DNA of 64,000 bases from Bilabrum cf. latius. Its lineage: Eukaryota. Position numbers and translations under genes: made by a program. Below, piece after piece: positions 13,783 to 26,710 of this stretch (the stretch's first letter is position 1; every line of letters starts with the position of its first letter). The stretch spans positions 186,001-250,000 of the forward strand of contig OZ237776.1 of assembly GCA_965178125.1 (NCBI GenBank), written 5' to 3'. The notes under the pieces were generated by a model. That model saw only the letters and a list, made by a program, of their open reading frames with translations. It was not told the origin of the DNA and did no database searches.

Positions 13783-14831
13783 ATGATACTACATCTTGAG
13801 CCTGTGAATTTCAAAGCGATGGTCAGGTCGACGGTAGCTGCCGTCAAGGATTGGGCCGGCCATTTTCTTTGCAGCAGCTCTACGAGCCTTTACCTGCATG
13901 TATCCGTTCCGTCGCATCAATGGATTGATTTATTGGATGCAATTTCAAAAGTTTCAGGTATAGGATGGCTGTTAGTTGTCGCTTGAAGCCAAATCTTACC
14001 AAAAGAAGTAGTAGTCAAGCAGGCATCGCAGCTGTACTCTGCACCCTGTGATGAGACCTACCGTCCATCGGGGAAACCTTCACGCTTACCAAAACTGCTA
14101 CATTGTCCCATTGGTGTTATACGCGGCGGATTGCCGTTTGATTCCTCCTGTAGGCTCGCCAACACACTGCTCTTCTGGAGCCTCTTGAGGTGCGGTCCTC
14201 CGGTGGATTTCAAACCGGAACTCCGAGTCCGGCCAGTGCGTGCCACCAGTGGCCGCTGCTCTGAAATTCGGACTCTCTCTCCATTGTCAAGAAGTCACTC
14301 GACTGCTCATCCACAGGCCGCACTTTCCCGCACAGATCCCGGCAGGACATTCCGATACCATCCGTTCTGCAGGCCGCACGATGCCGCAGACGCACCACCA
14401 GGCAAACCTATGTGAGAGCACAGCCCAAGGGTGGGGACACAGGGAGCCAGGGGGTGCCGTGGACACTTGTTGAATGGCATTGACATTGTGATATGTGAGC
14501 TGCTGGCTCCATGCTACGACGCCAACAAGATCGGGTCCAACGCGGCGCGGCGCCGTTCACGACGGTGGTTCCGTTCTTTTCTCGAGAAGTTTGCTTGCCT
14601 GCAGTCTCGAGGAATCATAGTAATACAGCGTTAATCGCGCTCTAGTAGTCACCACAGTAAGCCAATGCCGCAACTTGGAGCGTAGCGCAGCGAGTCGCGC
14701 AGGTTACAAGCGTGCGGGTATGCTTCGCTACTCCCGAGACTGATGTTTGCGCTTCTTCACATTCTGCAGTACTTTCCGCACATTGATTAGTGCCACACCA
14801 AAGACATAGTTTAAAGCATCAAAACTAATCG

Positions 14832-17800
14832 ATGGGGACATCTACTTCAGTGCCATCGGCAGGAGCCGGCGCAGCCAGCGGCGCTCTGGGTACGCAAGGC
14901 AGCGCTGCGGCCGGCAGCGGCCTCCGAAACGGAGCAGAAATAATGTTGGACGATGGCGTGTGCATCCAAGTGGGTAAATTGCTGGGAGAGGGCGGGTTCG
15001 GATCCGTCTGGTCGGCGCGATTCGTGCTGTCATCCCCCGAGCAGCAGTCGGCAGCCAAACGAGCACTGAACAGAGGCGGCGTATCGGCCCAGGAGCTGGG
15101 ACTCTCTGGGGCCCGGGCAAGGGACCCCTCTCATTTCCCGCTGGTGCTCAAGCGGCAGCTGTACCCCGTCAACTGGGCGGCTGCAGCGGCTGCCGCTGCG
15201 GTTGAGCTCGCACTGGCCACTGGACTATCCCATCCGAGCGTGCGACCGTGGGGGTCCAGCGGGACAGGCCGCAAGGCGCCGCCCCCTGCGACCAACGCGC
15301 GCTAGAGGCACGTTGTGGCATGCCTGGGGGCCCGGCACGGCGCCGCGCAATCCGGTTCCGCCAACGGCCAGGCGCCAGCACTCGGCAGCGAGGGCGCTCG
15401 TCACACCCTGGACCTGCTCTTCGAGCGGTGCTGGGGCGGGACAGCTTACGACGAGGCGCTGGCGGCCGCCGAGTCGGGGAACAAGCGGCTGCCCGTGGCG
15501 GTGGTGCTGGGCCGCTGGCGCGCCCTGTGTCTGGCCGTCGCCGCGCAGCACGAGGCCACTGCGGAACCGGCCGGGGAACAGGCCTTTCTGGACGCCCTGC
15601 GCGGCGCCTGGCCAGCGTCCGCCGGCGGCACCCGCACGCTCGTCACACTGGCCAAAAGCTGGCCCCAGACCCGGCGTGCCCTCGCAGGCACACGCTCTGA
15701 CAGGGGACCGCTGGCAATCGCCAACAGGGACATCAAACCGGAAAACCTGGTCCTTGCGGAACCGCCGTGCGTGGAGGCCTACCTCCTCGACCTTCCTCCG
15801 CGACGGGTTCGCGAACGTTCGTCGTGGAGCCCCGAAGCCGCCTTCGGCAAGCGGGCCAGCCGGAGCAGGAGCCTTCGCGCCGGTGCGGGGGGGCCTGGCG
15901 GCTCGAGGATCGGATCCAGGGAACAGAAGAGGCGGGTCGCCCGCGGCATGGTGCCCGGCGGGGCCCCCGACCTGGGTCTCCCCCCCCTCCCCGCCGCAGC
16001 GTCCACCGGTGGATCGGGATCGGATCAGTCGGGTAGGCGCACGGACGCGCTGTCACTGGTGCCCGATTTTGCCCCGGAGGCAGTGCGCGCGGCGGGCGTA
16101 CCCACCCGCCAGATCGATTTCGGCTCCGGATACTGGTCCCGCGTGGGGGGTCCGGAGGGAAGGCCGGGTGGATTCGGGAACCGCGGTGCGAGTGCATCGC
16201 ACGGTGGTGCGGGACCGCCGGACTCGCTGGGGTGGACACCGGAAGACGAGGAGGAGCCCGGGCTGCCCGGTGTGATGAGTGACGAGAGCAAGCGGATCGC
16301 GGGGCAGGAGCAGGAGTGCGTCCACAACACCACCACGGCGGACTACCGCGCCCCCGAGCTACACGACTGCAAGGGGGGGCTCCCCGTGACCGTCCGATCG
16401 GATGTGTGGTCCCTCGGCTGCGTGCTGTTCGTGCTCGTTACACAGGGACCCAGCCCGTTCGGGGACGGGGAGGGGGGCGTCAGCGGGGCGGCCATCGCGG
16501 CGGGGGCGGGCTGGGACTGCGAGCGGATCCGGAGCCGATTCCCGGACTGGCTGCAGGGCGGTGATCCGGAGTCGAATTGGAAGGAGGAGGAGGGGGACGT
16601 CCCCGGGTGGCTGGCGGCGAGGCTGCGTCGCCTGCTCGGTATCATGCTTCGGAGGAACCCACTCAGGCGGCCGTCGGCCCGCGGGGCCGTGCAACTGGCC
16701 AGGCATCTGCTTGGGGAGGAGGTGTGGAGGCGGGCACAGGGTCTCAGACCTGGGAGCTTCGCCTCTAGAGCCGAGTACGATGAGGCGTGCAGGGTGGCGG
16801 ACGCTGCTGAAGCGGGCCGCGGGTCACCTGCTGCTGGTGCAAGGGCCACTCCAGCGGCGGCGGCGGCGGCTGCGGCTGGACCAGCTGCGGGGCCGGGGTC
16901 GACGGGAAGCGGCGGGGGCGGTTCGAGTGCGGCGGGGTCCGGTGCATTGCACGATCGTGCCACTGGTGTCGCTGATGGTACCGAAGAGGATGGGCAGGAC
17001 TGGAGCCCCTTCGACAACGAGGATGGGGGCGAGGATGGGGGTAGGATGGGTGCACTGCACGAGAGTGCAAGCACATCGCACACAGGGACAGCAGAATTCC
17101 AAGAAGAAGCCAAAACGCAGGATGAAGGCGACGATGACGAAGGTGAAGACGACGAGGAGGAGATCGACCTCGATGCTGCCGCTGCAGCCGCAGGCATCTC
17201 ACCCGTGCGGCCGATCCGTGGAGGCGCCGCGCATCTGCAGAGAGGTTCCGCTACCGGACGGCTCGCGATCCGCGCAACCCGACGACCCACCGGTGGATCG
17301 GCGGCCAGTTCCCCCCGGGACCCGAGCGCCCGTCCACCGTACCACCCCCCTGGGCTGACCATCTTCGACCCCAAGGACCCGCTGCAGTGCGGTGCACCCT
17401 ACCTTACGACCATCCGGGGCAGCAGCCAGGCATCCCACGTGGCGCTGCGATCCTTGTGCCTGGCTTACGCGCCGGCAGTGACGTCAGATGATGTGGCTTC
17501 CCGTCTCCTCCGGATGGGCGGCGGCGAGGCCTCGCGGGCCCAGAGGTGGGTAGCCAGAGCCACCGCGGTGGGCGCCCTCGGGGCACCGAAGCAGAAGTAC
17601 GTCCGCTTTCTGGCGGTGGAGGCGTGGGAGGTCGCGAGGGAGGCCAGGCGCGCGGCGTGGAGCGGAACCTGGGATCGGATCATGGAATCCACCGGTGGGC
17701 CCACCCCCACCCCGGAGTAGGCGCAGGCGCGGCTCCGCAAGCGCTGGATCAAGGCTTGGACCCCCGCAGCGCCCACGGTGCAGGAGCAGCGGCAGCGGCG

Positions 17801-20800
17801 CAGTTCCTCCACCGACGGGGCTTCCGGGAACGTTCCGGGATATTTCTGCGCGAAACCGCTCGCAGGATCGGACGCTCCCGCCGGCCGGGTCCCCGCCCCC
17901 GGAGCCCCTGCCATGCTGTCCGGCCCGCTGTGGCCCTGGCTCGAGCAGCGGCCCTGGGACTCGGAGCCGAATGTCGCGGCCACCAGCGCGGTCCTGCTGC
18001 TGCGGATGTGGCTGGACGGCCCTCCCGAGCTCTGCTGCGGGGCGGCGCTGGCACTCGCGCGGGCCTGGTGCTTCGAGGCGGGGGGCGGCTGGCGGATCCA
18101 GGCGCATCGCATTGCGGCGCAGTCCCCCGGGGGATGGCCGGCGGAACCGATCGAGGCCGCGCGGCTGGGCGCCGCGCGATTTGCCGCCCGCGTGTGCGGT
18201 TCCGCAGGGCGACACGCCGAGGCACTGGGGGCGATCGCCGCGGCGTTCCAGGAGACGAGCGGGCTGCCTGGGGCCTTCGGGGGCGACGGGGCCAGCGATG
18301 GTTCGTTCGGGTTCGCTGGGTTCGACGCGGCTGGCACCGCCGGCGGCGGGGGTACCCCCAGGGGAATGGAGGGGTGGGCGGCGTTCGAGTCGGGTGAGGG
18401 GCTGGTTGCAACCGGTGCGCAGCGGGCAGGGGCCCGCAGGGCTGGGCCGGGCGACGGCGACCGGTCCACCGGTGGATCGTTGGCGGGTCTGGGTGACCCC
18501 ACGGCGGGGACAGTGGGCATGGTGCCACCCGTGGGGGGCGATTTCCGTCCCGTGCTACCCCTGGTTGCGATGCGTGATACGGTGCTTTCGTCGTCCCGGG
18601 TGGCCGCCAGCCGGGAGATCGACCCGTCGCCCATGGAGTCACTCTCGCACCTGGTGTCAGTCGTGCGACCCAAGACCCAGGATCGGATCATACGGCATCT
18701 GCAGGCGGCTGCCTCGTCTGTCGTGTACCCCCTGGCCTCGTGTGCGGCAGCTGCCGCTGGCGTGTCGGCGCGAGCGCGTGCGGATGCCAGCGACGCAGCC
18801 GGCGGGGGCCGTGCGTCGGGTGTGACGAGTGAGGGCGTGACCACGGGCTTCCACCGGGTGAATTTCAGCGGTGGGTCGGGGGGCGACGGGGATGGGGCCC
18901 GCTCTCAATCTACCGGTGGAGGATCGAAGCCTCCCACGGCAGGCCCTCTGGTCCTGGGGGGACTGGAGCAGCTGCTGCTGGGCAGCGCGAGCACGGTGGT
19001 TGCAACCGCCTGCAACTCGGCGCGGGCACTCTCGGAGGCCCTGCGCGGGGTGGCGCTGGCTGCATCGCGCGGCGCCGATGTTCCGCAAGGGATCCGTGAG
19101 AGCTGCAGAAGGGCGAGGAGCACGCTCCGGGCGGTCGCGCCGGCCGTCCGCGCCGCATCCGAAGAGCTCCGGAGGGCCCTGTCGAAAACGCAGGTTGCAA
19201 CCGCGGTGCTGGAGGCGGGAGGATCCACCGTTGTTCCCCGACTGTCTGGGTGGCTGTACGGAGAGGAGACGGAGTCCGGCGGGGGCGGGGACGAGGGGGA
19301 AGAGGCCGGCAAGGCAGGAGTGGACGAGGATCCTGCCGTCGGTGAAGGAGCGGTGGAAGGGGGCTTGCACTCGTCACATCGAGGCGTGCATGATGGTGCG
19401 GACCCTCCGGCGGTCAGCAGCCCGGACGCGTTTCAGCTCGACCCCGAGGACAACGACGGCGCAAGGGATGGCGGCTAGGCAAGGGATTCGGAGGGCGGCG
19501 ATCGGGGCAGGCAGTCAGTCGGCCAAGTCGGGCATCCTACGGACCACCTGGGATTCCAGACGGTGGGCCTGCGTGGCGCCGCTGGTATAGCGGAACATGT
19601 CGACGCCTCTCGCCGGCGAAGGAACCGCCGGGCTAGGGCAAGGGGTGCTGGTGCTGATGCTGATGCTGGTGCTGGTGGCGATCCGCTGGTGGTGGCGGGC
19701 CAAGATCCAGAGGTGGATCTTGGGCTGGGAGGGGTGGCCAATGCGGAGCCAAGTTCTGGTCAAGCTGGACGAACCGGTGACAATGACGAGGATGACGACG
19801 ATGTGTGGGGGGTTGCTCGCGGCGTGGGGCAGGGATAGGACGAGGACGAGGATCCGACGAGTCCACTGGGCGGCATGGGAAACGGCGGCATGGGCGAAGA
19901 CGAGGAGGAGTTTGATCCATTCGGGGAACTGGGGGGTGGTGCCGTGGCAGCGCGGTCGGCAGGTGTGACGAGTGCGATGTCGGGTGCTGCCACGGCGGCG
20001 TCTGACGACCTGCTGCTGGTGGATGCCGGTCACAGCGCCAGAGTGGCGGCCGCGGTTCACTCGTCACAAGGGGCCGGCCTGACGTACGATTCTGAAGATG
20101 AAGATCGTGCGAACGACTTTGATCCGTTCGGTACGGTTGGATCGCACGGCAATGCAGTGCACCGAAGCACGTCCCAGCCGCCCCCGCGCCGCTCGGGCAG
20201 CGCCGATCCCCACCCCCCGCTCGGAACAGATCCGGAATCGGAATTGAAACGCCACCGAGGTGACGCCGACGGAGGCTCTTCGCCCCCGGTCGCTTCCCCG
20301 GCCCAGTTCGCCTCGGGGCCTGGGGGACACCCGCCCCCACACCCTACAGCTCGGCAGGGGCAAGCACAAGCACCAGCGCAAGCACGAGCACGAGCAGCGT
20401 CGCCTGCCGCTGGCCCTGGGCAGTCCACCGGTGGACCGGACTCATTCCGGTCATTCCGCACCTCGACCGGATCGGGCAGCAGGACGGAGGAAGACGGCAG
20501 CGGCAAGACACCAGCGGTTGCAGGTGTGACGAGTGGACGACTCCCGCGGGCGCCGGATGGAGACCACACATCGACCACCCCCGCGGCGCGTGCCGGCACC
20601 CCGGGCGGCCATTGTGTGACGAGTACGGCTGCACCGCACGGCTCCCAGGGTGGATCGAGCGAGCTTGGCTCCCTTGGGAAGCTGGCCAGCGAAACTGGCT
20701 TGAGCAGGGACGAATCCACCGGTGGATCGAGAGCCTCCAGGGGTGGAACCCTCGCTGGTCCTGGAGCCCCCCACGCCTCGTTCGATGGAGAGGGTGGAGC

Positions 20801-22304
20801 GGGCCCGTATGCATCCGAAGCAGGAGCAGCAGCAGCTTAGGGTGGAGATGGTGCAAGTGCAGGCGCAGGCGCAGGCGCTTCAGGGGGCGCTTCACCGGGT
20901 CTCGATCTCACGCTCGCGCAGCTCGAACGATCCAGGATGGGGTTTGACGCTGGGCTTGTCTCAGCGGCCGTGCCTTCCTCGCTGGGCCCGGCCAGCGTCA
21001 GTCCACCGGTGGAGCCAGCCGACCACAAGGTGGCCAAACACGGCGGCGCGCAGCAGACGGGCTACAATCCTTTCGCGACAGGCGCGGGGACGGGAGCCGA
21101 TTCTCTCCCGGATCAGGCCGCCCCCCCAATCGGGGGTGGACCCGCGCAGGCTGGGGGAAAGAAAGAAACCGGCGGGGCCGTCAGCGGGTCTCGCACCCGG
21201 GAGGGGGGCATGTCCACCGCGTGGGCCAAGGCCGCCGAGCTGGACCCCGAGCAGGTGCGGCTGCACCGAAGGATCGGATCAGGCGGATTTGCGGAGGTGT
21301 TCCTCGGAACCGTGAGGGGACGGGAAGTTGCGGTGAAGCGCCTGCTGGGTGACTTCCTGGCGGGTGCAGCGCACGGTGGTGCGGGTGACGGGGGCCGGGG
21401 TCAGCAGGCTGCCAAGGCCCAGCGCGACTTCGAGCGCGAAGTGGCGATGCTGGCGAGGCTCAGGCACCCCAGCCTGGTTGAATTCGTCGGGGTGGTCAAG
21501 CGGCCGCTGTGCCTGGTGACCGAGTTCTGCAGCCGGGGCAGCCTGTTCGACGTCCTGAGGAGGCACAGGAAACCCAGGGAACAACCGGGGCCCGGCGCCG
21601 GATCGGCCGCGATCGCGCTGGCCAAGCAGCTCGCGGCGACTCCAGCGGCCAGGGACGCCGGGGAGCCTGCCTTGGGGTGGGAGGTTGGCCTCAGCTGGAC
21701 GGCTCGACTGAAACTAGCCGTTGACGTGGCCTCGTGCGTGGCGTTCCTCCACGGGCAGAAGCCCGTAGTCATGCACCGGGATCTAAAATCTCTGAATGTG
21801 CTTGTTACTTCCGACTGGAGGGGTCGCGTGGCTGACCTGGGCCTGGCCCGGCTTAGGGGAGGGACCGGGAGCGTGCTTGGCTCCGTGGCGGGAGGCGGGG
21901 CCGCGGCTGCCGCGGCCGTGGGTTCCACCGGTGGATCGCTGTACACGCAATAGGTCGGTTCGTTCCACTGGATGCCTCCTGAGGTGATCGCCGGCGGGCG
22001 GTATGCGGAGCAGGCGGATGCGTTTTCCTTCGGCGTGATCCTTTGGGAGCTGGCCATGGGAACCACGCCATACGCCGGTATGGCGCCGGTGGCAGTGGCC
22101 TATGCCGTGCTACACCGGGGAACGAGGCCGCCCATTCCTCCCGCATCGATGCTCCCGGGCCCCGCGTTCGCGGCTCTGATGCGCGCGTGCTGGCGGGTGG
22201 ACCCGAAGCGGAGACCTCCGTTCCGGAAAATCGAGGCGGCGCTCAGGGGCCTGCTAATGGCGTGGGAGAGAGCTCACCCTGGAGAGTAGACTGTAGTTAT
22301 TTAA
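14832..22304 (+). CDS. 2490-aa dual kinase: N-terminal NAK (AAK1/BIKE-like) kinase, ANTH-like domain, low-complexity linker with DPF/NPF/WxxF motifs, C-terminal TKL kinase
   Basis: Single frame with 7 in-frame TAG (15303, 17718, 19476, 19836, 20838, 21951, 22287), no TAA or TGA until TAA 22302. Kinase 1 motifs: LGEGGFG, NRDIKPEN, IDFGS, TTADYRAPE, DVWSLGC. ANTH-like: RAT...APKQKYVR and LEQRPW...VAATSAVLLLRM. Kinase 2 motifs: IGSGGFA, VAVK, HRDLKSLN, DLG, WMPPE, DAFSFG. Confidence 0.9.
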
Positions 22305-22547
22305 AAAATTATCATGGGGCGTTCATACTCGATGTTTGAAGGCAGTCAATGTGCCGGCTTGGCTGCATCGAATTCGGAAGTAAGGCCGTGTGACTCGGGG
22401 TGCAAGGCCTAAACGCAATCACACAAACACTATAAAATGCTGGTTGTACCAGAAAAATGCGACTTCTGCTCTGGAAATGGGCGTTAAAAGCGCATGCACC
22501 GTAACGTGTGTGATAACTTTGAAAGATCAAGATAAAAACTAGTTTCC

Positions 22548-25500
22548 ATGGGGCTATCTATCATCTTCACCGATTATTGTACAAAGTGGCCTATGGACTG
22601 GCGAGAATACGTGTATTTCGGTGTTATATGCTTTGGGGGTATTTCATTTACGCTGCTGGGGTTTATAGACCCGTGGATCGAAGCCGGCGGGGCCGATGAC
22701 ACAAACGTACCAGGTGACCTTCGGAGCATACGGACGGGCACAGGTAGTATTATTGCAATGCTTGGGGTGTTTACCATGTGTATGGCAGTCCTGTGGCCGA
22801 ATAGTAGGACTCAGCTCTATCTTGTCGCTGCCACAGCCGTGAACTTTGGGGTGAGCAAGGTATACGTTGCTGCGTCATGCGGACCCGTCATGCTTCCAGT
22901 CGCCGTGTCGTATTACTGCTACACAAAGTATCGCAGTGTGCCATTCCAATGATTCAACTCGGGGAAGGTGTTTCCTCGATTCGTGTCTCTGATGATGGCG
23001 ACACCGTGCTGTCCCAGAGGTACCTCTACATCGGGTCTCTCGCGATGGCGACTGCGGTCGACATAACCATTGCGGTACGGGTACGCAACCATAGGCTCGT
23101 TTGTTCAGCTGTCATTGCAGTAGTGCTAGGTGCGCTATGCTTAATGATCGCGTATTCATCGAACGAGGTGGTCGGATTCCTGACAGGAGTCCTTTCCTTG
23201 GTTGTATATCCCCTTGCAGTTTGCATAATTCTTGCTGAGCTGTATCCAGGTCTTCAGATGGATCTCTGGGTGGATACGTGGGGTTCGTGCGGTTCGATGC
23301 GCGACCCACAAGGTGGAGGCGAGACCTTTGCCTGCCTCTGTGGGCGGATCTGCACGCCGGCATTCTGGATATGCCTATCTTGCTGCGGGGGTCAAGCAGT
23401 CTCTTCCAAACACTCATCGCAATTGTACTGCTGCGAATCAGTTGGCGCGAGGCAGAACAGAGTCCATGCTGCAGAAGAGGCAGCCGCTAAGGGGACTGGC
23501 AGCCCCCGGCGCGGTGGTCCGGGGGGTCGCAACGACGTGGCCAAGCAAGATATGGTCGCGCTTTCGCCTCCCAACACGAACGCCATGTCCCGGCCCGGAG
23601 CCGAGCATAGCACGGGCTCCGCCACCCCGGTTGGCCAAACGGACGACAATATAGGAGTGTAGAGATATATCATCATGGGGATCGTCCTCTGCGGCTTTGT
23701 CTACGTCTTCAATTACGTCCTGGTCCGGTGGGCGCGAGTCGGTGAAAAATCATCGAGGTTCGTGCTAGTGGCGGCTGACTGCGCTGTGGTGCTGCTCCGC
23801 TGCGCACTGGCTCTCTCCGTCGTGCACAATGACGTCATGAAGGTGGCCAAACAAGCCGCCGAGTCGCAGAAGTGGAAGCGAGAAGCCGCTGATGCCCGCC
23901 TCAGCACCATCCAGCAGTTCACCAGGTACATCTTCCACGAGGCCCGGGTGCCTCTTCAGGCGGTGTCGCTGTCGGTGCAGGAGCTGCAGCAAAGCCTCAA
24001 GGAGATCGGAGAGCACAGGAATGCGCTTAAACAGGTTCTACGGGGCATGCACGATAAAGCCGAAGACTAGGAAAGCGATAGCCTCGAGCGGCCGGTGACC
24101 CGTGGCGACACTGCTGACGGGAACTCTCTGTCCCGGCTTGCGGCACTGCACAGCAAGCTCAAGGCATCTGTGCTGGACGCCAATGACGTGCTCCGGTCCC
24201 AGCAGGAAGGGTGCAAGGGACTGCAGTGCATCTTCGACGACGTGCTCGAGGCCCAGCGCATCGAGCAGGGCAGGCTCAGGCTAAGGGACGAGGTGGTGGA
24301 CGTGCGGAAGCTGCTGTCTGACATGGTGTCTACATTCCATCGCACGGCTGACCACAATGGGCTGGATCTCGATGCACATGCAGCACAGGACGTGCCTTCT
24401 CACATTCGCGGCGACCCGGTGCGAATCAAGCAGGTGCTCGCCAATCTGGTGTCAAACGCGCTGAAATTCACTCCAAGGGGGGGCAACGTCGCCATCTCAT
24501 TGTGTGTTGCGAGATTCCTGTCATTTGCCGGGGAGGAAAGCCAAATGGTCCGACAACACCGCGATTGCTTAACCTCGTGGGCGTTGGAGAAGAAAATTGC
24601 TGCCGACGATGCAGCTCCAGACTCACGATCGAAATAGTCTGCGTGCGATGAACCCGCAGGTAGTCGTACGCGAGAGCAAGGTGCCCCTCCCGAGGGGGGA
24701 GGTGCTACCCCAACCCCCTGCCGTGATGATGATGATGATGATGCTGTTGGCCGGGGAGGTCGGCTTATCGTCACGAGCCCAGGTAGTATTGTGTTGCTGT
24801 CTGCTAATGTCACCGACTCTGGCTGCGGCATTTCACAAGACGACATCAAACAACTGTTCACACCCAACAAGCAGGCCAGACACGGAGTCGAGTACACGGG
24901 GTCTTCCTCCGGTCTGGGCTTGTACATCTCCCGCGGGATCGCTCGTCAGATGGGGGGCGATCTGGTGGCATCGAGCGAGGGAGAGGGCAAGGGCAGCGTG
25001 TTCACGTTCGAGTTCGAAGCAGCTGTGGGTCGTCCAACAGGACTTGGCATGCGCTCGTCACTAGATGGACCCATCAGAAGCCTCGAGGTATCCAACCCTC
25101 CTAGCATGGCTGCATCAAGACGCCCTTCACAGCTGCAGTTCGAGCCAGTGTCGGTGGCATCTGAAAGCGATCGAGACAGGGCGTCATACACGTCAACGTC
25201 GAGCCATCCCAGGTCTGCTGCCGCTGAAGTCCGCCACGGATCGGGCGCTGCGACTCCCTCGAGCCATAGCAACATTGCAAAAGGATTCGGGAGGTACAGA
25301 AGCGCGAGCCAGCACGAGCATGTTGTTGGAATCAGCCGTGCCAGCGGTCTTGATGAGGGCATGGATGCTACAAATGCTCTTATGCCCGCCTCTTCGGCTG
25401 GCCTGCAGTCTGCGTCAACTCAGCGGAGGTCGGAGGATCCAGGCACTGTGTTTGGGAGGGCGAGGAAGGTAGCTGCGGGTGGATCCACTGGGCAGCCGCT

Positions 25501-26485
25501 TGAGGATGCAGCGGTTGATCCAGAGAGTGATTCGCGCATCACCATCGGTAAATCAACGCAGCGGCAGCTGAAAGGTGCGTCAACCTCAAAAGGTAGCGGG
25601 CCTTAGCAAGTAGTAGCCGGCGATCGATGGCACACTGACGCAGACGGAGATCCAGATTCACCGGGGCAGCAAGCAGACACATAGGCCGGATTGGCTGGCA
25701 ATGAGCATTTGCAAGGAGCCACTAGCACCAAGTCACCGCCTGCAACACCGAGACCACACAGCAACACTAAGATGATTGCAGCGACGGGATCCATGGGATC
25801 CCCGAAATTTTTGGGTAGATCTGTAATCCCAGAGATTTCGAGTGCAACATCAGCAAAATCTGCAACTGGAGTGGGCGTGAACGTCGGTGTTGCGCCGATG
25901 GGAAGTGGAAAGACAGAGAGAAGTATCAGTGGTGACGGCAGTGGGGCTGATGGCTCTGCAGCTGCAACTAGTGGGGCTGCAGGTACTACCCCGAGACCTG
26001 GGGCCAAAGCAGGGACTGGAGCTACAACGACAGCGAAAGCCCCTGGCAAAGGTATGGCTATTGCTGACTATGATCGACAAGAAGGCGCCCTCAAGGCGTG
26101 GTGCCTCATCGTGGATGACGTGCCCACCAACAGGAAACTGCTAGCCAGGGGCATGCGCAGGCTCGGATACACCGTGCACCAGGCCAAGGACGGGCAGAAG
26201 GCAGTGGAGGCGTGCCGGGCCCGGGCCTTGGAGGCGGGGCCGGGGATGGAGTGCCTGGGCCTGATCACGATGGATAAGTCGATGCCAGTGATGGACGGCG
26301 TGGAGGCGACGCGGTCGATCCGCGGTGAGTTCGGGTCTCGGTTCTTGATTGTGGGCTTGACGGGGGATGCGCTTGGCGAGGACCTAGTTTCTTTCAAGGC
26401 GGAGGGGCTCAACGAAGTGCTGAGCAAGCCTGCGAGCGCGAAGGAAGTGCATGGAACAGCCGTTATTTGCTGCTCAAGATCCTGA
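22548..26485 (+). CDS. Hybrid histidine kinase 1 (8-TM rhodopsin-like sensor, HisKA, HATPase, REC); intron 22851-22936
   Basis: Phase-0 GT..AG intron; 5 in-frame TAG; ends at TGA. H-box FTRYIFHEARVPL, N-box QVLANLVSNALKFT, G1 VTDSGCGI, G2 SGLGLYIS, REC LIVDD...TMDKSMPVMDG...LTG...KP. Confidence 0.9.
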
Positions 26486-26710
26486 CCTAGAGTTGCTGGC
26501 CTGAAAACCCGCGCAATAGATCCAGAATATTCCTGCTTTGTAGATCCTGGATGGTTTGAGCAGAGATTAGACCGGTGAAAAGCCATGGGATATAATTTGC
26601 TGAATTCACTAGTTACAGATCTTACGGCGCAAAGCTAGAAAATAATCAAGTGTACAAACTTGCCTCGGTTCGGCAGGAACCACACAGTTTGGCTCGGAGC
26701 ATCGAACAGC

